A stretch of 64,000 bases of DNA from an uncultured archaeon (GTDB taxonomy: Archaea > Asgardarchaeota > Heimdallarchaeia > Heimdallarchaeales > Heimdallarchaeaceae): NCBI GenBank assembly GCA_964549075.1, contig CAZJUB010000003.1, positions 24,283 through 88,282 on the forward strand. The letters are read 5' to 3'. The translations under genes and the position numbers were made by a program. This document shows, one piece after another, positions 55,396-64,000 of the stretch. How positions within the stretch are numbered: the stretch's first letter is position 1; every line of letters starts with the position of its first letter. The notes under the pieces are model-generated. The model searched no databases. It saw nothing but the letters and a program-made list of their open reading frames with translations, and was not told the origin of the DNA.

Positions 55396-57819
55396 TTGAA
55401 TTTTAATAAAAAATGTAATATAATGTCTTCAGAAATGGTTGGAAAATTGCCTTTTTTCCTTGTAAAGTTTGCTATAAACAAAATCTTCAGGAAGAAGATG
55501 ATAGAATATAATAAAGTAGTTTTACCTGAAGATGAATCTAAATGGAGTAATTTAGGTAAAATTATTGATTATAAAGCAAAAAAATACAATATTGAAGTTG
55601 CTTTACAGAATGGTAAACTCAAAATAACTTCCCTAGATAATGGTATATTAAATATTCAAGTTTCAAAAGATTTAGGAAAAATTCCTCAAACAAATGCTGT
55701 TATACTTAAAAATAAAACTCCTCCTCCACTCGTGGTAGAAAACAATGACGAATTGATGTCTATTAATCAAGAATTAGAAACAATTAAGTTTGCATCTATA
55801 GAAATTGACCAAAAGGATTCAAAACTTACTTTCAAGGACGGTTTTGGTTTTGGAATTTTCACTGAAACCATCCCTAATTTTCATGAAGAAGGCTGGTATA
55901 AAACTGTAAAACATCCAGAAGTATTGTGCGAAAATCATTATGGTTTTGGCGAAAAAGGTGGTCCTTTAGACAAAAAGGGAGAGACTATCTCTTTCTGGAA
56001 TACAGATTCTTTTGCTTATGATGTTCATGATGGAAAATTGTATCAAACACAACCTATCCAAATTGTTGTAAGACCAAATGGATTTTGTTATGCTTTAATT
56101 TATGACAATCCATTTAGAAGTCAGATGAAAATAGGTGAAGAAAACGATTGCTCTTCTGAGTACTATGTACAAGGTGGAGGAATTAATTATTATTTAATAA
56201 TAGGACCTACAGTCTACAAAGTTTTCACAAAAATACAAAAATTACTCGGAAAACCATCACTTCCTCCAATTTCTGCTTTAGGACATCATCAAAGTAAATG
56301 GTCCTATTACTCTGAAACTGAGGTTAGAGAGTTAGCTAAAGAATTTAGGGAAAGAAAGATACCTTGTGATTTTATCCATTTAGACATTGATTATATGGAT
56401 GAATATAGAATTTTTACTTGGGATAAAAAAAATTTTCCTAATCCTAAAAAACTTGCTAATGATCTTTTTGAGGAAGGTTTCAGATTAATGGCTATGACTG
56501 ATCCCGGAGTAAAAGTGGATCCAGAATTTAAAATATATAAAGAAGGAATCAGAGGAAAACATTTCTGTTTAAACCCTGATGGAACTGTTTTTACTGGCCC
56601 CGTTTGGCCTGGAGATTGTCATTTTCCTGATTTTACACAAACAAAAACAAGAGAATGGTTTGGAAGTCAGTACAAGGCTTTAACTGATGTTGGTATCAGA
56701 GGATTTTGGATTGATATGAATGAACCTTCAATCTTCAGTGATAAAGGTACTATGGATGATGAAGTTATTCATCCAGGTGATGAAAGTTTTAAACTCCACA
56801 AAGAAGTCCATAATCAATATGCTCATCTGATGGCTCAGGCAACATATGAAGGTTTGCAAAAATTACTCCCAAACACTAGAACCTATATCAATTCTAGAGC
56901 TGCTTATTTGGGAACTCATAGGTATGCAGGAACATGGACTGGAGATAATAACGCAGAATGGGAACATCTTCAGATTTCAATTCCGATGATTTTGAATATG
57001 GCAGCTTCTGGCCAATTGATGATTGGTCCTGACATCGGTGGTTTTGCAGGAAAACCTTCTTCTGAGCTTCTAACTAGATGGTATCAAGCCGGAATATTAT
57101 ATCCATACTTTAGAAATCATACTATTAATCAAAAGTGTTCACAAGAACCTTGGATATTTGGGAAGAAAACAGAAGAGATAATAAGAAAAACAATCCAGCT
57201 TCGATATTCTCTTATTATCTATATCTATAATGTGGTCCATAAGACTTTTTTGACAGGGGTTCCAGCTTTCAGAGCTTTATGGATAGATTATCCAAAAGAT
57301 CCAGTTGCTCACATGGCTGAATGGTCTGAAACAGAATATATGTTTGGAGATAATCTTTTAGTTGCCCCTGTTTTACAGAAGGGAAAACGAAAACGAGAAG
57401 TGTACCTCCCTGCAGGTAAGTGGTATAGTTTCAATAGAAATAAGAGATTTGATGGCGGTAAAATACATGAAATCGATGTTCCTTTGGATTTAGTACCCAT
57501 TTTCGTTAGAGAAGGTTCAATTATCCCATTTATTGATGAGTGTATTCAACATACTGGAGAGATAAAAAATCAGAAAATTTCTTTACACGTTTATCCAAGA
57601 GAGACTGAAGCTCAGGCAGATATTTATTTAGATGATGGCGAAACCTTCAATTTCGAGAAAGGAGATTATGAAATCGCTCATATCGAAGCAGAAAAGCGAG
57701 GACATGATACTTGGTACATAAACGTCAAAAGAGAAGGTAAGACGAAACAATATATCGATATAGGAGAAATAATTATCTTTGGAGAAGAAAAATCAAATTA
57801 TTTACTATTTGAAAAATGA
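55396..57819 (+). CDS. GH31 alpha-glucosidase
   Basis: HLDIDYMD, WIDMNEP (nucleophile), WTGDN (acid/base), DIGGF and FRNH; the true start may be 55423. Confidence 0.95.
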   Translation: MNFNKKCNIMSSEMVGKLPFFLVKFAINKIFRKKMIEYNKVVLPEDESKWSNLGKIIDYKAKKYNIEVALQNGKLKITSLDNGILNIQVSKDLGKIPQTNAVILKNKTPPPLVVENNDELMSINQELETIKFASIEIDQKDSKLTFKDGFGFGIFTETIPNFHEEGWYKTVKHPEVLCENHYGFGEKGGPLDKKGETISFWNTDSFAYDVHDGKLYQTQPIQIVVRPNGFCYALIYDNPFRSQMKIGEENDCSSEYYVQGGGINYYLIIGPTVYKVFTKIQKLLGKPSLPPISALGHHQSKWSYYSETEVRELAKEFRERKIPCDFIHLDIDYMDEYRIFTWDKKNFPNPKKLANDLFEEGFRLMAMTDPGVKVDPEFKIYKEGIRGKHFCLNPDGTVFTGPVWPGDCHFPDFTQTKTREWFGSQYKALTDVGIRGFWIDMNEPSIFSDKGTMDDEVIHPGDESFKLHKEVHNQYAHLMAQATYEGLQKLLPNTRTYINSRAAYLGTHRYAGTWTGDNNAEWEHLQISIPMILNMAASGQLMIGPDIGGFAGKPSSELLTRWYQAGILYPYFRNHTINQKCSQEPWIFGKKTEEIIRKTIQLRYSLIIYIYNVVHKTFLTGVPAFRALWIDYPKDPVAHMAEWSETEYMFGDNLLVAPVLQKGKRKREVYLPAGKWYSFNRNKRFDGGKIHEIDVPLDLVPIFVREGSIIPFIDECIQHTGEIKNQKISLHVYPRETEAQADIYLDDGETFNFEKGDYEIAHIEAEKRGHDTWYINVKREGKTKQYIDIGEIIIFGEEKSNYLLFEK

Positions 57820-57821
57820 AG

Positions 57822-58529
57822 TTAATCAAGAAATTCTTTTGAGCTACGCCAGAGAATTTTCTTGAAAACTTCACCATATTTTACGTATCCCATCGATCCT
57901 ATCATCAACATACCAGAGATTTTGTAATCCCTAACAGGCCATTCTCCATATGCTTCTTCATAAATATCGAAAAACTTCATGATTCTATCATATTGTTGAG
58001 TTACATCGACAAACACGCTATTCTCGAGTGCTGAACCCAATCCTATATAAGGTGTGTATAGGCTAACTGGTTTTCTATGTGGTTCTACAGTATCATCATC
58101 GCTATTATATCTAGCGTATGAAATGGCGTCCATGGTGATGTCGTGGGTATAACGATGATCGGGATGTCCTACACCAATATTCTCTGACTTTCCCCAAGTA
58201 ATTATTATGTCGGGTTTCAATTGTTTAAAGATTCTTGCTAGCATTTTCGCGTTTTCTACTGATGGGAACACACCAGAGTCTGGCAAATCTAGTAATGTAT
58301 ATTTTGCTCCAACAATTTTTTCTATCCTGTTTACATGACCTTGTCTAACAAGTTTTATCTCTTCATGAGTTCCTTTTATTGATGAAGCATTTTCACCATG
58401 AGTAAGTAAAACAACATACACATTATCACCTCTGTCACTGTGATTCATTAAGGTGCCAATTGCACCAGCTTCGTCGTCTGGATGAGCAAATACTGCAACT
58501 ACATTTAAAGGAGTGTAATCTTCATTCAT
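57822..58529 (-). CDS. PIG-L/LmbE family deacetylase
   Basis: AHPDDE and GHPDH zinc-binding motifs. Confidence 0.92.
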   Translation of the reverse strand: MNEDYTPLNVVAVFAHPDDEAGAIGTLMNHSDRGDNVYVVLLTHGENASSIKGTHEEIKLVRQGHVNRIEKIVGAKYTLLDLPDSGVFPSVENAKMLARIFKQLKPDIIITWGKSENIGVGHPDHRYTHDITMDAISYARYNSDDDTVEPHRKPVSLYTPYIGLGSALENSVFVDVTQQYDRIMKFFDIYEEAYGEWPVRDYKISGMLMIGSMGYVKYGEVFKKILWRSSKEFLD

Positions 58530-58590
58530 ATGTAATCTCTCTAAATATTACATAAAAAAACAACTATTTTACAAAAAAGAAGGTGGGTTA

Positions 58591-60099
58591 TTACAACCCA
58601 TACAAATATGAATATTTTTCTTGTAAGAATTTAATCAGATATTGAGGATTTGGATATTCTCCAGTAACTTCTTTTACTAATTCTGGGGGATCATAGAGAT
58701 TTCCTTTCTTTTGAACATTCTCAGTTATCCAATCAGTTAGTACATTGATCTCTCCGTTTTCCAATTTAATATTCCAATCAGGAATATCCTTCTTTAATTT
58801 TGCAAAAAACTGTGCCCCATATACATTACCCAATGTATAAGTTGGAAAATATCCAAAAGAACCACCACTCCAGTGGATATCTTGTAAAACTCCATCAGCT
58901 ACCTTAGGAACATCTATACCGAGTAACTCTTTCATTTTCTTATCCCAAATTTTAGGAAGTTCTTCTATGGTTATTTTGCCTTCGAACAAATCTCTTTCCA
59001 GCTCAAAACGAAGAATAATGTGTAAATTGTAAGTAACCTCATCAGCTTCTACTCTAATTAGCGAAGGTTGAACTTTGTTTATTGCTCTTATGAAATCATC
59101 ATATTCTATGTCTTTGAAAATATCTCCAGTAATCTCTTTAAATTTATCAAGATAGAAAAACCAGAAAGATTTGCTTCGTCCAATTATATTTTCATAAAAT
59201 CGAGATTGAGATTCATGTACTCCCATCGAGCAATAATTTCCTACAGGTTGATATCTTAATTTGATATCTGCATTCTGGTCATAGCAACCATGTCCTCCTT
59301 CATGCATAACAGCAAAAAAAGAGCTTGTAAAATCGTTTAATTGATATCTAGTTGTGATTCGAACATCGTCATAATCTCCTGTAGTAAAAGGATGAGCAGC
59401 TTCATCTAATCTACCTCTCTCTAAATCATAATTAAGACGTTTCATAATGTCTTCCGCTAGTTTTTGTTGAACTTTTTTAGGAACTTCTTTAGTCAGTAAT
59501 GTATAGTCTGGTTTGACAGCTGAAGTTTGACATTTTTGTATCAATTCTACTGTTGCTTCTTTTAATGGATTGAATATCTCATTATATCTTTCAGTAGTCA
59601 TTTCAGGCTCATAGAGATCTAAAAGAACTTCATATGGTGGAAGATCAGGATTCAGATAATTTGCTAATTGCTTTGTCATTTCAAACATAGTTTCTAAGTG
59701 AGGTTTAAAAATGCTAAAATCATTATTCTTTCTAGCTTCTTTCCATTTTTCAGTAGATATAACTGCAGCTTTTGTATATTCAGCAACAAACTCTCCTGGT
59801 ATTTTTGTTTGTCTATCATACTCTCTCTGCATAAGGTAAATATTCCTTTTTTCTATATAGGAGAGTTTTTCATAATCTTGATGATCCTGTATTTCTTTGA
59901 GAAGTTTACCAATCTCTGGATCAGTCTGTTTATCATGAGCTAATTTAGCAATAAATGCTTGTTGTTCACTTCTTTGAATTACGCCACCTTTAGGCATTTT
60001 AGTTTCAGTATCCCAGCCCAACAACATGGCAATTTGATTAATAATCTGTGATTCTTTGAATTTCTTGAGTAGAGTGTCGTATTTTTCTTTCATGTACAT
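58591..60099 (-). CDS. Carboxypeptidase M32
   Basis: HPF, DVRITTRY, HEGGH, HESQSR, IRVEADE and QDIHW..G.FGYFPTY. Confidence 0.96.
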   Translation of the reverse strand: MYMKEKYDTLLKKFKESQIINQIAMLLGWDTETKMPKGGVIQRSEQQAFIAKLAHDKQTDPEIGKLLKEIQDHQDYEKLSYIEKRNIYLMQREYDRQTKIPGEFVAEYTKAAVISTEKWKEARKNNDFSIFKPHLETMFEMTKQLANYLNPDLPPYEVLLDLYEPEMTTERYNEIFNPLKEATVELIQKCQTSAVKPDYTLLTKEVPKKVQQKLAEDIMKRLNYDLERGRLDEAAHPFTTGDYDDVRITTRYQLNDFTSSFFAVMHEGGHGCYDQNADIKLRYQPVGNYCSMGVHESQSRFYENIIGRSKSFWFFYLDKFKEITGDIFKDIEYDDFIRAINKVQPSLIRVEADEVTYNLHIILRFELERDLFEGKITIEELPKIWDKKMKELLGIDVPKVADGVLQDIHWSGGSFGYFPTYTLGNVYGAQFFAKLKKDIPDWNIKLENGEINVLTDWITENVQKKGNLYDPPELVKEVTGEYPNPQYLIKFLQEKYSYLYGL

Positions 60100-60215
60100 C
60101 AACACATCTTTGCTAACATCTCCCTCTAAAAGACTGATAAATATTTGGTAATAACATCATTTTCTGTCAAGATATTTTCTAAAGTCTTAAAAACGTTTGA
60201 GTGCATTTAGTTATT

Positions 60216-62543
60216 ATGCGATTCTCAAACAAGTTGAAAGGAACATTAATCCTGTTGGCGCTTGTAGCAGCAATACCTTACGTGTTTGTAAATAGCAAGA
60301 CTTTGGATGATGTTATATTATCCACAGATGCAGATATCAAAGATTGGACCGTTTTGGTGTATATGTGCGGAGATAATAACTTGGAATATTTTGCTCTTGA
60401 AGATCTTAATGAAATGGAAGCAGCTGGAGGAACAACAGCAGATGTTAATATAGTAGCAATAGTAGATAGATGTACTGCCTCCTACGAGACACCAGAATAT
60501 TCAAACGATTGGTCTGAATCACGATATTATACCATAGTAGGAGACAGTTATGTTGGCACTTTCACCTCTCCAATGAATGTATCCTTAGGAGAAAAAAACA
60601 TGGGAGATCCACAAACTTTAGATGATTTTATCAATTGGGGTTTGACTAATTATCCTTCTGATAAAACAGCTTTGATTCTCTGGGATCATGGTGGAGGATT
60701 AGATGGTATCTGTTGGGACGAAGATAATGGCGATGATAATCTCTTAGTGGACGAAATTTCGACAGCTCTAGACGGTTATCATTTTGATTTCTTAGGTATA
60801 GATGCTTGTGTTATGGGACAGTTTGAAGTTCTGTATGAATTGAAAGATTATTGTGATTTCTATGTTGCAAGCATGCTAAATGAACCTGGGTATGGGTGGA
60901 ATTATTATGATACTTTCTTAGCGCTATTAACTAACCCAACAATGACAGCTGCTGAACTAGCACAGAATTCTTGTGAAGATTATGTCGATTTCTACTCTGG
61001 TTATAGTACTGATGTAACATTAAGTGCATATGATACTTCAGCTATTTCAGGTCTTGAAACAGTTATTGATGACTTCGCTTCTGAATTAATTAATGCACTT
61101 GATACTAACGCTGCTGATATTTTCAATGTAAGAATGATTTCAAATAGCCAGCTTTTCCCTGATGTTATGTGTGATATCAAAGACTTCGTTGAAAATGTTG
61201 CATTACTTCCTATTCCAAATTTGAGTGCAGCAGCAAGTGCATTAGATAGCAAATTGGATGAAATCCTTTATGTATCAGAATCGAATCTCATTGAAGATCC
61301 ATACGGTATGTGGTTCTTTTTACCTGCAATTCCATATAATTATTATAATGATTTCTACATCTACTCCAATCAGAGTGTGGTAAATAGCTACATCAATTAC
61401 TATTATGATTTTGATTTTGTTATCAATACTATCTGGGATGATTTTCTATTTCAATGGAAACTAGAATTAGAAAGCTTCTTACCTGAAATATCAACAGTTT
61501 CTCCTTTTACTGATACTTTGATCTCTGGAGATCTAACTTATCTCTATGCAGATTTACCTGATCCGGGTGTTGGCAATGCTTACCAAGCAACCTTAACAAT
61601 GGATATGTATGTTGACTTTGATTTGTATGTCTGGTCTGAAGAGCATTATTGGGGTTTACCAAATGGCTTTGATGTATCAAGCGAGAATATGGACGACGAG
61701 CCTGAGGTTGTTTTATTCTTAATTGATGATGCAACACGAGTATTTTTCCTTCTACATGCTTATTCTGGGTCGGGTTCCTATACACTCAATCTTGAGATAG
61801 TCGAATATAGTGATGACGGATATGAAGAAAACGATGATATTACAGAAGCCGCTCATATTGAAGTAAATACACTATATTCTCTTATTGCAAATGATATGGA
61901 TTTCTTTTATGTAGAATTAACAAGTGGCATAAATATGGAAATTACACTCACATTTAATGGAGCTGTAGTAGATCTTGATTTGTATCTTTTTGATGAAGAC
62001 CAAAGTACTATGTTAGATTATAGTGAAGGTTATTCTTCGTTAGAAACTATAACTTACACTGCAGGTTATTCTGGAATATTTTATATCCTTGTTAATTTTT
62101 ACAGTGGAGCAGCAGGAGAATCTTATAATTTAGAAATATCTATAAATGAAGATCCTGTTATAACAACATTTTATCATTCTCCTTACTATCCTCAACCAGG
62201 AGAAACAGTAACATTTACTTGTATGGTGACTTCTCTCTATCCTATAGTCGAAGTCACACTCTCAGTAAGTTACGATGGGGGAACACCACAGTACTTTGCA
62301 ATGGTATTTTCAGGTTCATCATATTCTGTAGACGTGGTTCCTCCTGCTGGAACTGAAGAAGTAGAATATTCAGTTTATGTTGAAGATAGTATGGATAACT
62401 CAGTAGAGAGTTCTGTTAAAGATTTTTCAATTAAAGCAGAGTCTTCTACATTTACTCTAGATTTTTCATGGCTTATTTTACCATTTGTTTTTCTAGGGTT
62501 GTCAGTTCTTTACAGAATAATTTCAACAAAGAAAAGGGTTTAA
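60216..62543 (+). CDS. Secreted, C-terminally anchored clostripain (C11) peptidase with PPC-like domains
   Basis: Signal peptide, WTVLVYMCGDNNL, WDHGGG (His), DAC (Cys), two DFDLY/DLDLY PPC repeats and a C-terminal TM with basic tail. Confidence 0.9.
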   Translation: MRFSNKLKGTLILLALVAAIPYVFVNSKTLDDVILSTDADIKDWTVLVYMCGDNNLEYFALEDLNEMEAAGGTTADVNIVAIVDRCTASYETPEYSNDWSESRYYTIVGDSYVGTFTSPMNVSLGEKNMGDPQTLDDFINWGLTNYPSDKTALILWDHGGGLDGICWDEDNGDDNLLVDEISTALDGYHFDFLGIDACVMGQFEVLYELKDYCDFYVASMLNEPGYGWNYYDTFLALLTNPTMTAAELAQNSCEDYVDFYSGYSTDVTLSAYDTSAISGLETVIDDFASELINALDTNAADIFNVRMISNSQLFPDVMCDIKDFVENVALLPIPNLSAAASALDSKLDEILYVSESNLIEDPYGMWFFLPAIPYNYYNDFYIYSNQSVVNSYINYYYDFDFVINTIWDDFLFQWKLELESFLPEISTVSPFTDTLISGDLTYLYADLPDPGVGNAYQATLTMDMYVDFDLYVWSEEHYWGLPNGFDVSSENMDDEPEVVLFLIDDATRVFFLLHAYSGSGSYTLNLEIVEYSDDGYEENDDITEAAHIEVNTLYSLIANDMDFFYVELTSGINMEITLTFNGAVVDLDLYLFDEDQSTMLDYSEGYSSLETITYTAGYSGIFYILVNFYSGAAGESYNLEISINEDPVITTFYHSPYYPQPGETVTFTCMVTSLYPIVEVTLSVSYDGGTPQYFAMVFSGSSYSVDVVPPAGTEEVEYSVYVEDSMDNSVESSVKDFSIKAESSTFTLDFSWLILPFVFLGLSVLYRIISTKKRV

Positions 62544-62607
62544 CTCTTTTTCTTCTCTTTCCTATTAAATGTTATATACTAGTTAATAATTTGTCTTTTA
62601 GATTGAT

Positions 62608-63504
62608 ATGGTTAAAATTCTAGGCATAGACTCAGAGAAATGCATTAAATGTGAAAAATGTGCAGATGTGTGTTCTGTCAATCTTTTTAGTGTTAAAAGA
62701 GAAGATAAAATGGAAAAAAGGATAGTTTTTGATGATCCTCTGAGATTTTGTTTTAGATGTGGGCACTGTATCGCTATCTGTCCAACTGAAGCAATCTTCT
62801 ATGAAAAAGCAGATCCTCCCTATAATTTTGAGGAAGCAAAGAACCCATCAACACTCATTTCGTATGAAGACTACATGAAGTTCATTCGTTCTCGTAGATC
62901 GATGAGAAAATTCAAAGACAAACCTCTTTCTGAAGAAAATATTCAACGCATAATTGAAGCTATGAGGTATTCTCCAAGTGCAAGTAACAGACAAAATAGG
63001 AACTATCTAGTATTAACAAAACCAGAAGATATTGCATACTTATCAGATAGAGTATCTCGCTTGATGCAGAGAGCGAAAAGACTATTATTTCTGAAATACT
63101 TGATCGCTCCATTCATAGGAGGTTTACTGCGAAAAAGGTTATTGAATCCAAAAACAAAGATCCGTCTGAATAGATTTTTTGAAGAAAAGGCAGCAGGTAA
63201 AGATAACATCTTTTTCCACGCTCCTTGTGTCGTAATTGTTCATGCTCCACCTTATTCAAAAATGACACCATCTGATGCAGCTATTGCAATAACACATGGA
63301 ATATTAGCTGCACATACTCTAGGACTAGGAACATGTTGGATAGGTTTTGCTCAAGAACATTTATGGAGAAGTAAGAAGTCAAGAAAAAGTCTAGGGATAC
63401 CCAAAAAGAACAATGTCTACGGTGTATTTGTTATAGGCTATCCTGATTTCAAATTTGAAAGAGCACCTCCGAGACGTGAAGCAAGAGTAAAATGGAAAAA
63501 ATAG
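62608..63504 (+). CDS. Nitroreductase with N-terminal 2x[4Fe-4S] ferredoxin domain
   Basis: CIKCEKCADVC, CFRCGHCIAICP, RRSMRKF, SPSASNRQ and GLGTCW. Confidence 0.92.
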   Translation: MVKILGIDSEKCIKCEKCADVCSVNLFSVKREDKMEKRIVFDDPLRFCFRCGHCIAICPTEAIFYEKADPPYNFEEAKNPSTLISYEDYMKFIRSRRSMRKFKDKPLSEENIQRIIEAMRYSPSASNRQNRNYLVLTKPEDIAYLSDRVSRLMQRAKRLLFLKYLIAPFIGGLLRKRLLNPKTKIRLNRFFEEKAAGKDNIFFHAPCVVIVHAPPYSKMTPSDAAIAITHGILAAHTLGLGTCWIGFAQEHLWRSKKSRKSLGIPKKNNVYGVFVIGYPDFKFERAPPRREARVKWKK

Positions 63505-63519
63505 CCTTATGATAAGATC

Positions 63520-63963
63520 TTATTCTTTTTTTACCCTCTTTTCTCCTGTTTTCAAATTAAAAGTATAAATATCTCTAATTTTTGGTATTTGAACACTCAA
63601 TTCTTCTAAATCTATCTTATATAAAACGAAACTTGGATCTTCAGATGATTCCCAATAATTATCAAACCAAGGAATTGCTGTTGCTACATCTCTTCTAATT
63701 TCAGCATTATTGACCAAAACAGCTTTTCCTGTCCCTCTTATAGTACTTAATTTTTCGTCATCATGAGGATTAATAGCAAATTCAATATTATTGTTCTTCT
63801 CTAATTGTATGATTTTATTTCTCCCAGTGATACTTACAAACCAGCACTTGTCTTCGTGATAAATAAGAGCAACAGGTCTAACTCTAGGTCTGTCTTCATC
63901 TATGTTTGCTAAATACATTAGTGGTTGTTTCTTTAGATAATTGACTACGGTTTCGACTTCCAT
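63520..63963 (-). CDS. Pyridoxamine 5'-phosphate oxidase-like flavin-binding split-barrel protein
   Basis: LANIDEDRPRVRP, K..QLEKN and IRGTGKA. Confidence 0.82.
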   Translation of the reverse strand: MEVETVVNYLKKQPLMYLANIDEDRPRVRPVALIYHEDKCWFVSITGRNKIIQLEKNNNIEFAINPHDDEKLSTIRGTGKAVLVNNAEIRRDVATAIPWFDNYWESSEDPSFVLYKIDLEELSVQIPKIRDIYTFNLKTGEKRVKKE

Positions 63964-64000
63964 AAATCATTTTATCCTCAGACAGATATATTCTTTTTTA

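Noticed and set aside
314-63209. Short ORFs overlapping larger genes (e.g. 314-571, 8780-9088, 19618-19881, 26737-27042, 50027-50350, 53711-54010, 61001-61252)
   Set aside because: They are antisense or alternate-frame shadows of well-supported genes and have no motifs of their own.
1-64000. CRISPR array or long tandem repeats
   Set aside because: No regularly spaced direct repeats were seen in any intergenic region, and the Cas4-like Cys motif at 40.3-41.6 kb belongs to a stand-alone TM0106 protein.

Overview
AT-rich (roughly 30% GC by eye), gene-dense archaeal chromosome segment, most consistent with an Asgard archaeon, probably Heimdallarchaeia-like. It carries archaeal markers (gatDE, rpl44e, rpo6/rpoK, archaeal PPAT, Sec11-type signal peptidase, class III pilin) together with one Arf-like and two Rab-like GTPases and a longin-domain membrane protein. 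Main blocks: (1) a surface-glycan block of two processive GT2 genes and a GT-C-fold gene, converging on two MacB/FtsX permeases, one of them giant; (2) housekeeping genes interrupted by IS607 and IS200/IS605 (TnpB) relics, including two related tnpB 3'-end fragments missed by the ORF track; (3) a 1908-aa Lhr helicase followed by a stand-alone paralog of its AlkZ-like C-terminal repeats, next to an apparently catalytically dead m5C RNA methyltransferase; (4) a tRNA-His with a eukaryote-like A73 and no encoded G-1; (5) a five-gene NuoEFG(HydCBA-like)-NfnAB operon whose large subunit has no catalytic centre; (6) assorted hydrolases and peptidases. No rRNA, CRISPR array or intact mobile element was seen. 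All family calls come from motif recognition by eye; no database searches were run.
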